This document shows positions 39,234 through 47,486 of a DNA stretch of 60,681 nucleotides, piece after piece. A program made the translations under genes and the position numbers. The notes beneath the pieces were generated by a model that saw only the letters and a program-made list of their open reading frames with translations, made no database searches and was not told the origin of the DNA. The stretch lies in contig JBFFIY010000006.1 of assembly GCA_041556195.1 (NCBI GenBank), positions 1-60,681 of the forward strand. The letters are read 5' to 3'. The stretch's first letter is position 1. The number at the start of each line of letters is the position of its first letter. The stretch is from Enterobacterales bacterium. GTDB taxonomy: Bacteria > Pseudomonadota > Gammaproteobacteria > Enterobacterales > GCA-002770795.

Positions 39234-39662
39234 CTACAATATTTGATCCTTATCTTCTAATTGTGGAAAGAAAACTTTCATGGCTTCATAAAATATTTCA
39301 AGCTCGTTGGATTTAACCCCATTAAGGGCGATCAATTGATTTAATTTACCCATCAAAATCATATGTTGATTTGGGTTGTCTTTGAGATACTCATTAACCG
39401 TAAGGAGATCGGCTTTTAAATCACTCTTAAGTGCTTTTACGTAGCTGTAAAGATTCGAGATCTGTACGTTTGTCAAACTAAATTCTTTATTCATAATGGT
39501 TGAGAATTTGTGTTTTTCGTTTTCACTTTCCAGATTATCTGCACTAATAATATGATAAAGCACAGATGCCAGGGCAACATGTATTGCTTCTTCGTCCGGG
39601 TGGTTAAATAGTTGGCTTTCATCTTGTATGGAGTCAAACCAACTTTTAAGAGATTCAAACAT
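39234..39662 (-). CDS. TerB-like (tellurite-resistance family) hypothetical protein
   Basis: Helical 142 aa protein, IISADNLESENE and IALNGVKSNELE resemble TerB AD-G-x4-E motifs; RBS GGAG. Confidence 0.55.
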   Translation of the reverse strand: MFESLKSWFDSIQDESQLFNHPDEEAIHVALASVLYHIISADNLESENEKHKFSTIMNKEFSLTNVQISNLYSYVKALKSDLKADLLTVNEYLKDNPNQHMILMGKLNQLIALNGVKSNELEIFYEAMKVFFPQLEDKDQIL

Positions 39663-39682
39663 TTTTTTCTCCTGCTTATTAT

Positions 39683-39700
39683 TTATTCCGAGTTCAGGTT
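39683..39700 (-). repeat. Family A right terminal repeat
   Basis: TTATTCCGAGTTCAGGTT is a 16/18 inverted match to 38921-38938. Confidence 0.65.
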
Positions 39701-39712
39701 GTTTGTCTATTT

Positions 39713-40729
39713 TTATCCTGTTGAATATTTCCCAAACCTGGCGGCTCCATTTAATTGGGCTCTTGCATAAAGTTGCTGTTGTGCTTTAGCAACGTTATCT
39801 TCTTTGCCTGACCAGGACTTTAGTACCGGTTCCTGTAAGGCGCGACCAAAAGAAAAGCTAAGCTCCCATGGATGCTCGCATTGACTGTTCATTGCGTTCA
39901 AATGCGTAGTCGCCTGAACTGGTGTTTGGCCACCAGAAAGAAATACTACACCAGGAACCGCTATTGGTAAGGTTCGACGTAGAGTACGTATTGTGGCCTC
40001 TGCTACTTGTTCAACCGATGATTGTTGAGGGCAATCTTTGCCCGATAACACCATACTTGCTTTTAGCAGCATTCCCTCAAGATGGATCTTATGTTGATGC
40101 AACTCTGCAAATACCTGTACCAAAGTTTCTGTGGTTGCAGTTTCACATTGCTCCAGTGTGTGATCTCCATCCATTAGAACTTCCGGTTCAACAATAGGAA
40201 CCAATCCCGCTTCCTGACTTAAGGCTGCGAAACGAGCCAGAGCATGGGCATTAGCTTTGATGGAAAAATGGCTGGGTTTATTATCACCAATGGTAATAAC
40301 TGCACGCCACTTGCTAAATTTTGCACCTGCCTCGGCATATTGAACAAGGCGTTGCTTGAGGCCGTCGAGTCCTTGTGTAACTTTCTCTTCATTAAAATTT
40401 GTGATTGGTACTATACCTTTATCGACTTTGATCCCGGGAATGATGCCTTTTTCTGACAAAAGATTTGCTAAAGGTTTTCCATCGTTACTTGTCTGCATAA
40501 GGGTTTCTTCAAATAAAATAACTCCGCTGATAAATTCCTCAAGGCCGTCTGTTGTAAATAATAACTGGCGATAACGACGTCTGTTTTCTTCGGTGGAAGT
40601 AACATCAATGGCCCGAAAACGTTTTTCGATAGTGGGGGAGCTTTCATCGGCAGCCAGAATGCCTTTACCTTTGTAAACTAACTGCTGTGCGATTGTTTCA
40701 AGATTAGAGAGTGATTGCGATAGTGCCAT
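39713..40729 (-). CDS. Fructose-bisphosphate aldolase class I (eukaryote-like type)
   Basis: GKGILAADES, GIKVDKG, KWRAV, VPIVEPEV, FLSGGQ, SFSFGRALQ. Confidence 0.93.
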   Translation of the reverse strand: MALSQSLSNLETIAQQLVYKGKGILAADESSPTIEKRFRAIDVTSTEENRRRYRQLLFTTDGLEEFISGVILFEETLMQTSNDGKPLANLLSEKGIIPGIKVDKGIVPITNFNEEKVTQGLDGLKQRLVQYAEAGAKFSKWRAVITIGDNKPSHFSIKANAHALARFAALSQEAGLVPIVEPEVLMDGDHTLEQCETATTETLVQVFAELHQHKIHLEGMLLKASMVLSGKDCPQQSSVEQVAEATIRTLRRTLPIAVPGVVFLSGGQTPVQATTHLNAMNSQCEHPWELSFSFGRALQEPVLKSWSGKEDNVAKAQQQLYARAQLNGAARFGKYSTG

Positions 40730-40821
40730 GATAAAGCCTCCTTTTTAGAGCGGGTATATAGCTTGAGCATAGTTCAAAAATTGTCGGAAAAAAATGTTTA
40801 ATAGAGATTTTTTATGCTCTG

Positions 40822-43800
40822 TTATTCCGACTTGGACTGGTTTGCTGCTGGTTTAGTATGCTCATTCCAATCCAGTTCAGAAAGTTGTTTAAGAAAATGA
40901 TAACGATGATCGACTCCTTGCTGTGACAGTTTCTGGTAGCGTTCAGCCTCTTCAGGTTTTTTTAGAAAAAGTTCACTAAAGCGAGTTTCCGTTTTCGCAT
41001 ATTCTTTATAGGGAATACTGGGCTGTGCATAGTCAAGATGCAATGGGTTTTGGTTCTTCTTAATTCGTTTAGGATCAAAACGAAATAACGGCCAATGACC
41101 ACTTTTTACCGCCAATTGTTGATGTGTATGGTTTGTGGTTAAATCGACGCCCTGAGCTATGCAGGGAGCAAATGCAATAATGATTGAAGGGCCAGGATGT
41201 GCTTCCGCTTCAATAAAAGCACGTAAGGTCTGGGTGTCTTTTGCTCCATAGGCGATTTGTGCCACATAGACATTTTCATAATCCATGGCGAGCAATCCCA
41301 GCTCTTTTTTTGGTTTCTCTTTTCCGCCTGCGGAAAATTTGGCAATGGCACCACGGGGAGTTGCTTTTGAGGTTTGTCCACCAGTATTTGAATAGACTTC
41401 GGTGTCCAGTACCAGAATGTTAACATTCTGTCCTGATGCCAATACATGATCCAGACCGCCATAACCGATATCGTATGCCCAGCCGTCTCCACCAATGATC
41501 CAGACGCTTTTCTGGCACAGATTTTCGGCCAATTGGGATAAATGAACAGCTTTGGGATCATTGATAGTTTTTAATTGAACTTGCAACTGACTAATACGCT
41601 GGCGTTGAGCGTAGATCCCTGCTTCATTGGATTGATCCGCGTTTAAAATATGATTAACAAAATCGGGATCTAATTGCTCTGATAGCTGGCTTAGCAAATT
41701 TTTAGCTTGACGTGCCTGTCCATCAATCGCGATCCGCATACCCAGACCAAACTCGGCGTTATCTTCAAAGAGAGAATTGTTCCATGCAGGTCCCCGTCCT
41801 TCAGCGTTACAAGTCCAGGGGGTCGTTGGTAAATTTCCACCATAAATTGATGAACAGCCTGTAGCGTTAGCAACGACCATACGATCACCAAATAATTGAG
41901 TAGCAAGTTTGATATAGGGAGTTTCTCCACAACCCAGGCAAGCGCTTGAAAATTCGAACAATGGCTGCATTACCATAGCGCCTTTAATAGTTTTTGTTTT
42001 TATTTCACTGCGGTCATATTCAGGTAAAGATAAAAAGAACGCCCAGTTTTCTTTTTCTTGCGCTCTTAACGCTGCTTGCGGATGCATATTAAGTGCTTTT
42101 AATTCCGGGTTGTTTTTATCTTGAATAGGACAAATTTCAACGCATAAACCACAGCCAGTACAATCTTCTGGTGCTACCTGATAAGTGATATGCATCCCTT
42201 CAGGAAAGCCTTTGCCAATGGTGGCTGCATGCTTAAAGTTATCTGGCGCATTTACTAGTTCGGTTTCTGGAAATATTTTGCTACGAATAGCGGCGTGGGG
42301 ACAAACTAACGGACATTTGCCGCACTGGGTACAAAGATCCGGTTCAAAAATAGGGATCTCCAATGCAAGATTACGTTTTTCATAAGCTGCTGTACCGACT
42401 GGAAAAGTACCATTTGCAGGAAATAAACTCACAGGCAACTCGTTACCATGCCCGGCTATAATTTTTGCGGTCACTTCTTTGACAAACTTCGGTGCATCCT
42501 CAGAAACCGTTAAGGGTATTTCAAATTCACTGCTGGTTACTTCAGGGATTTTAACCTGATGCAGGCAAGCCAATGTTTCATCAATAGCATTAAAATTAAT
42601 ATCTAAAATGCGCTGGCCTTTTTTACTATAAGTTGTTTGAACAGCAGCTTTGATTTCATCAATAGCGCGTTGCCTTGGTAGAATATCTGAAATAGCGAAA
42701 AAGCAGGTTTGCATAATGGTATTAATGCGTTTTCCAAGGCCAGTTTTTTCGGCTACGGCATAGGCATCAATCACATAAAAACGAATGTGTTTATCAATTA
42801 GCTGCTGTTGCATTTTTTTGGGCAGAGTTTGCCAGATTTTATCTGGACTTTGCGGTGCGTTTAACAAAAACACCGCGCTATCTTCAGCTTTATCCAGAAG
42901 TTCATAACGTTCTAGAAATACTGGTTGATGGCAGCCAATAAAATTAGCATTACCGTCTTCAATCAAATAAGTTGAAGCAATATGATTAGGACCAAAACGC
43001 AAATGTGAGATAGTGACAGCACCAGATTTTTTGGAATCGTAAACAAAATAGCCCTGTACGTGAAAATCAGTGTGTTCTCCAATAATTTTTATGCTGTTTT
43101 TGTTGGCGCTAACCGTACCGTCACTGCCCAGGCCATAAAACAGTGCTTGAAATGTTTCATTATGAGTATTGGTTCTGAAATTTTTATCCCATTCAAGACT
43201 TTGTCTGGAGACGTCATCAATGATACCAATGGTGAAATGATTTTTGGGTTGGTCTTTTTTCAATTCATCAAACACCGCTTTAACCATGCCCGGGGTAAAT
43301 TCTTTAGATGACAAACCATAACGTCCACCAATAATCCCGGGCATGGTTTTAAATTTACCCGTACCACTGGTGCAATATTGCGCCACAGCGGTTAATACAT
43401 CTTTATAAAGAGGTTCACCATCTGCACCGGGTTCTTTGGTGCGATCCAATATGGCTATTTTCTGGCAATTTTCAGGTAAAGCGTCAATCAGTGCATTTGC
43501 GTCAAAAGGTCGAAATAACCTGACTTTGATCAGTCCAATGTTTTCTCCTTTAGTTGATAGATAGTTAACGGTTTCTTCAACGGTTTCTGCGCCAGATCCC
43601 ATTATCACAATGATCCTTTCAGCCTTTTTATGACCATGATAATCAAATAAGTGATATTGACGGCCTGTCAGCTCGGCAAAATGATTCATTGATTTTTGAA
43701 CAATGCCTGGCATCTTCTCATAATACAGATTAACCGTTTCTCGAGCCTGAAAATACACATCCGGGTTTTGAGAACTGCCGCGTAATACTGGATGCTCAGG

Positions 43801-44448
43801 TGAAAGCGCATTTTTTTTATGTGCAACCAGCCATTCATCCTTAATCATGGCCTGTAACGTTTGATCGCTAATTGGGGTGATTTTTCTGATTTCATGAGAT
43901 GTACGAAATCCATCAAAAAAATGTACCATGGGCAGGCTGCCTTCAAGACCTGCTGCTTGTGCAATTAAAGCAAAATCCATCACTTCTTGTGGTGAGTTAG
44001 AACATAAAAAACCAAAACCAGTCATACGTGCCGTCATTACATCACTATGATCACCAAAAATGGATAAGGCCTGGCAGGCGAGAGAGCGAGATGCCACATG
44101 GAATACGGTAGGAGTCAATTCTCCTGCAATTTTGTACATATTGGGTATCATCAACAATAAGCCCTGAGAGGCGGTAAACGTTGTAGTTAAAGCGCCGGCT
44201 TGCAATGCACCATGTATCGCACCAGCGGCACCAGCCTCACTTTGCATCTCAATAACTTCAGGGACAGCGCCCCATAAATTTTGATATTTTTGGGCTGACC
44301 ATTCATCAGCCCATTCTCCCATGGGCGATGCTGGTGTAATTGGATAGATCGCAATCACTTCATTGAGTTTATGCGCGATAGTTGCTGCAGCCTGATTACC
44401 ATCAATAGTGAGCATTTTCGATTTTGACATGAGCAATATCCTAATCAT
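40822..44448 (-). CDS. nifJ: Pyruvate:ferredoxin/flavodoxin oxidoreductase (single-chain; possible start 44430)
   Basis: YPITPAS, MQSEAGAAG, GLGSDGTV, two 4Fe-4S motifs (CTQCGKC, CTGCGLC), TPP motif GGDGWAYDIG. Confidence 0.95.
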   Translation of the reverse strand: MIRILLMSKSKMLTIDGNQAAATIAHKLNEVIAIYPITPASPMGEWADEWSAQKYQNLWGAVPEVIEMQSEAGAAGAIHGALQAGALTTTFTASQGLLLMIPNMYKIAGELTPTVFHVASRSLACQALSIFGDHSDVMTARMTGFGFLCSNSPQEVMDFALIAQAAGLEGSLPMVHFFDGFRTSHEIRKITPISDQTLQAMIKDEWLVAHKKNALSPEHPVLRGSSQNPDVYFQARETVNLYYEKMPGIVQKSMNHFAELTGRQYHLFDYHGHKKAERIIVIMGSGAETVEETVNYLSTKGENIGLIKVRLFRPFDANALIDALPENCQKIAILDRTKEPGADGEPLYKDVLTAVAQYCTSGTGKFKTMPGIIGGRYGLSSKEFTPGMVKAVFDELKKDQPKNHFTIGIIDDVSRQSLEWDKNFRTNTHNETFQALFYGLGSDGTVSANKNSIKIIGEHTDFHVQGYFVYDSKKSGAVTISHLRFGPNHIASTYLIEDGNANFIGCHQPVFLERYELLDKAEDSAVFLLNAPQSPDKIWQTLPKKMQQQLIDKHIRFYVIDAYAVAEKTGLGKRINTIMQTCFFAISDILPRQRAIDEIKAAVQTTYSKKGQRILDINFNAIDETLACLHQVKIPEVTSSEFEIPLTVSEDAPKFVKEVTAKIIAGHGNELPVSLFPANGTFPVGTAAYEKRNLALEIPIFEPDLCTQCGKCPLVCPHAAIRSKIFPETELVNAPDNFKHAATIGKGFPEGMHITYQVAPEDCTGCGLCVEICPIQDKNNPELKALNMHPQAALRAQEKENWAFFLSLPEYDRSEIKTKTIKGAMVMQPLFEFSSACLGCGETPYIKLATQLFGDRMVVANATGCSSIYGGNLPTTPWTCNAEGRGPAWNNSLFEDNAEFGLGMRIAIDGQARQAKNLLSQLSEQLDPDFVNHILNADQSNEAGIYAQRQRISQLQVQLKTINDPKAVHLSQLAENLCQKSVWIIGGDGWAYDIGYGGLDHVLASGQNVNILVLDTEVYSNTGGQTSKATPRGAIAKFSAGGKEKPKKELGLLAMDYENVYVAQIAYGAKDTQTLRAFIEAEAHPGPSIIIAFAPCIAQGVDLTTNHTHQQLAVKSGHWPLFRFDPKRIKKNQNPLHLDYAQPSIPYKEYAKTETRFSELFLKKPEEAERYQKLSQQGVDHRYHFLKQLSELDWNEHTKPAANQSKSE

Positions 44449-44616
44449 ATGTGAAATCGATAAAACTTAAGGCAAACGATGTTAAACCTGATGTATTAAA
44501 GATAGAAGTTAACTCCGTAAATGTCTATTACTACAGCATTAATTAATATAAATGCAGTATTAATTAAAATAGAGCAGAAAACTTGTAAAATCAGGAATTC
44601 TACCTATGCTATAACT

Positions 44617-45690
44617 ATGCAAAACTTTAACCATGCTACAGACTACTGGCACCTGCTGGAAGATGGCAGGGTACAGTGCGACCTTTGCCCCAGATATTGC
44701 AAATTAAGAGAGGGGCAAAGAGGGCTTTGCTTTATTCGTCAGAATAATAATAATCAAATTGAATTAACCTCCTATGGCCGCTCCAGCGGTTTTTGTATTG
44801 ACCCAATTGAGAAAAAACCACTTAATCACTTTTTACCTGGAACGCCTGTTTTATCATTTGGAACCGCTGGCTGTAATCTGGCATGTAAATTCTGCCAGAA
44901 CTGGGATATCAGTAAGTCACGTGAAATAGATACACTGGCTTCTCACGCTACCCCGGAAAGAATAGCTGAGGTAGCTCAGGAAAGAGGCTGTAGAAGTATC
45001 GCTTTTACTTATAATGATCCGGTAATTTTTCATGAATACGCTATTGACATAGCTAAAGTTTGTCACACTAAAAATATTCGCACTGTTGCAGTAACTGCAG
45101 GGTATATTTGCGAGCAACCCAGAGAAGAGTTCTTTAGTTATATGGATGCCGCCAATGTCGATTTGAAAGCGTTTACCGAATCGTTTTATTACAAATTAAC
45201 TGGCGCTCATCTGCAACCGATCCTGGATACACTTATTTACCTTAAAAAGGAAACCAATGTCTGGTTTGAACTGACAACCCTGCTAATTCCTGGTAAGAAT
45301 GATTCGAATGAAGAGCTTGAAGCAATGACTCAATGGGTAGTTGAAAATCTGGGGCCTGATGTGCCTATGCATTTCACTGCTTTTACTCCCGATTGGAAAA
45401 TGATGGATGTTCCACCAACCCCTTTTTCTACGCTGCAAAGAGCCAGAGAAATAGCCATCAAAAATGGTGTTAGATATGCCTACACGGGTAACGTGCACGA
45501 TAAGGTGGGAGAGAGTACCTATTGTCATCAATGTAACAACCGACTGATAGGCAGAGATTGGTACAACTTAAGTGACTGGAATCTGGATGAGAATGGATGT
45601 TGTAATCGCTGCCTGAGTCCTCTGGCGGGTGTATTTGAACCTAAGCCTGGTGATTGGGGAGCGAAGGCTCTACCTGTGAGAGTGGACTAA
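44617..45690 (+). CDS. amrS: AmmeMemoRadiSam system radical SAM enzyme
   Basis: QCDLCPRYC, DPIEKKPLNHFLPG, GCNLACKFCQNW, FTYNDP, YTGNVHD; ATG 44617 preferred over 44521. Confidence 0.9.
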   Translation: MQNFNHATDYWHLLEDGRVQCDLCPRYCKLREGQRGLCFIRQNNNNQIELTSYGRSSGFCIDPIEKKPLNHFLPGTPVLSFGTAGCNLACKFCQNWDISKSREIDTLASHATPERIAEVAQERGCRSIAFTYNDPVIFHEYAIDIAKVCHTKNIRTVAVTAGYICEQPREEFFSYMDAANVDLKAFTESFYYKLTGAHLQPILDTLIYLKKETNVWFELTTLLIPGKNDSNEELEAMTQWVVENLGPDVPMHFTAFTPDWKMMDVPPTPFSTLQRAREIAIKNGVRYAYTGNVHDKVGESTYCHQCNNRLIGRDWYNLSDWNLDENGCCNRCLSPLAGVFEPKPGDWGAKALPVRVD

Positions 45691-45702
45691 AAAGGAAATA
45701 CT

Positions 45703-46089
45703 ATGGAATGCCCTAAATGTAAATGCGCAATGAACGAAATAGCTGATGAATCATTCTCAGCATTGAAATGTATCGGTTGTAGTGGAATTTGGTTTCGCGA
45801 TGGAAGTCATGAAATTGCAAAGACAATTGAGGGTATATCTGCCATTGATGATAATGTTACAAATGCAGCAGCTATCTATGATGAAGTCAGGGATGTTAAT
45901 TGTCCGGAATGTAACAAGAAAATGATAAAAATGGTGGATAAAGCACAATTGCACATCAAGTTTGAAACATGCACATATTGCAGGGGAGTATTCTTCGACG
46001 CAGGTGAATTTAAGGATTATGCGGAACATAAATTTATTGAGCGTATTAAACAGGCGATAGATACTTTTAAATCACATTTTAGAGCATAA
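45703..46089 (+). CDS. Zn-ribbon (zf-TFIIB-like) domain protein
   Basis: Two repeats CPKC...CIGCSGIWF and CPEC...CTYCRGVFFDAGE. Confidence 0.75.
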   Translation: MECPKCKCAMNEIADESFSALKCIGCSGIWFRDGSHEIAKTIEGISAIDDNVTNAAAIYDEVRDVNCPECNKKMIKMVDKAQLHIKFETCTYCRGVFFDAGEFKDYAEHKFIERIKQAIDTFKSHFRA

Positions 46090-46130
46090 CAAGCCAACCA
46101 GCTTCGCCCGCAAAAATACGGATCTGGACG
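46084..46130 (+). other. Truncated attC-like (integron cassette) site
   Basis: Stop codon lies within GCATAAC followed by AAGCCAACCAGCTTCGCCCGC...CTGGACG, resembling the left half of an attC; no matching GTTRRRY end found. Confidence 0.4.
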
Positions 46131-46143
46131 TCTCGAACTCCCT

Positions 46144-46689
46144 ATGGTTTTTTATATGTATAACGTTGAAACAATACGAGCTGATATAACAACTCTTAAT
46201 GTGGATGCAATTGTTAATGCTGCCAATGTCAGTTTATGTGGTGGCGGTGGTGTTGACGGTGCAATTCATAGAGCTGCAGGGAAAGAGTTGTTGGCTGAGT
46301 GCAGAACTTTGGGAGGATGTGAAACAGGGTTTGCTAAGATAACTAAAGCATATGATTTACCTGCTAAATATATCATTCATGCTGTAGGGCCTGTTTGGTA
46401 TGGCGGTCATAAAAATGAGGAAGCACTATTGGCTTCCTGTTATTGAGAGTGTTTGAAAATTGCACTTGAGAATAACCTGAGCTCAATTGCATTTCCAGCA
46501 ATTAGTTGTGGGGCTTACGGCTTTCCCATTGATAAAGCCTGTAAAATTGCGGTTAATGAAGTTGTTGATTTCTTTAGAAAAAATGAAGTTGAAATCAAAG
46601 TTTTCTTTGTTTGTTTTGATGAGAAGTTAGAACGAGCTTTGAATATGGCCCTGGTTGGTTCAGGGGCAGCTACTTCTGGTTTATTGTAA
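46144..46689 (+). pseudogene. Macro-domain O-acetyl-ADP-ribose deacetylase (YmdB-like) interrupted by an in-frame TGA at 46444-46446
   Basis: [33 protein letters not shown] then SCY*ECL, then IAFPAISCGAYGFP in the same frame. Confidence 0.85.
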
Positions 46690-46773
46690 CCACCTGATAA
46701 AAATAAAACTAAAAAGAACTAGGTTCTCGTTAACACAGTTCCCTTTCGTCTACTGAATATTTTCAGGTTGGCT

Positions 46774-46906
46774 AACCTCATCTCGGAATAAAATAGGTCA
46801 TCTAATGATATTAAACATCTAAGTTTCAATAAGTTACACCTCTTGAAATATTGTACATGTTGAATAATTGGCTCAATATTGGGGTTTTTGTGCCTGGCAA
46901 GGCAAA
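46774..46906 (+). mobile_element. Truncated family A MITE copy
   Basis: AACCTCATCTCGGAATAA end plus TTTCAATAAGTTACA and GGCTCAATATTGGG.TTTTTGTGC...GCAAGGCAAA shared with 23328-23460. Confidence 0.7.
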
Positions 46907-47486
46907 GCTTTAATTGTATGACAAACTCAAGTTAAAGCCTGAGCTAACCCGAAATGAGTCAGAACTTGATGTATGTTTACTTGAGATATTTGTTGAGTAT
47001 CAATGAAGGGCACTTTTTCATTATCAATATTTGTTTGAGCCGATTAATCCTTAAACATGAACTATTCCGACAAATTAAGGCTTTGGTGTTTTTTGCAGGG
47101 CTTTTCATTTATATTGACGATGTAGACTGTTAGTTTTAATGTGTTATAGGCAAATGTATTAGATATAAGGAAAATGATGTGTTGCTTGAAAATGTTTAAA
47201 CAAGGGTATGAGTAAGAAACCTTTCATATTGGATACGGATGATGGCTGGATAACTCTGTGTTAACACTGGAAATAGGATTTTGAGGAGTTATGGCTGGAT
47301 CTAGGACTAATTCAGGGACTTTAAGGAATTGTTATTTTGCACTTTATTTTACCAAGAAGGCCAATGCTGTTTTTGGACAGCATTTTTACCTCTTCTCTTG
47401 TTTTAAAGCCAGATTTTTTAAACGAGTTCTAAAGGAAAATCAATTTATACTAATTTCTTTGGTTCTATTGAAAGGACATCACATAA

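Noticed and set aside
46920-47080. Possible minus-strand gene remnant (…QVNIHQVLTHFGL…)
   Set aside because: Too short and interrupted to assign without a database search
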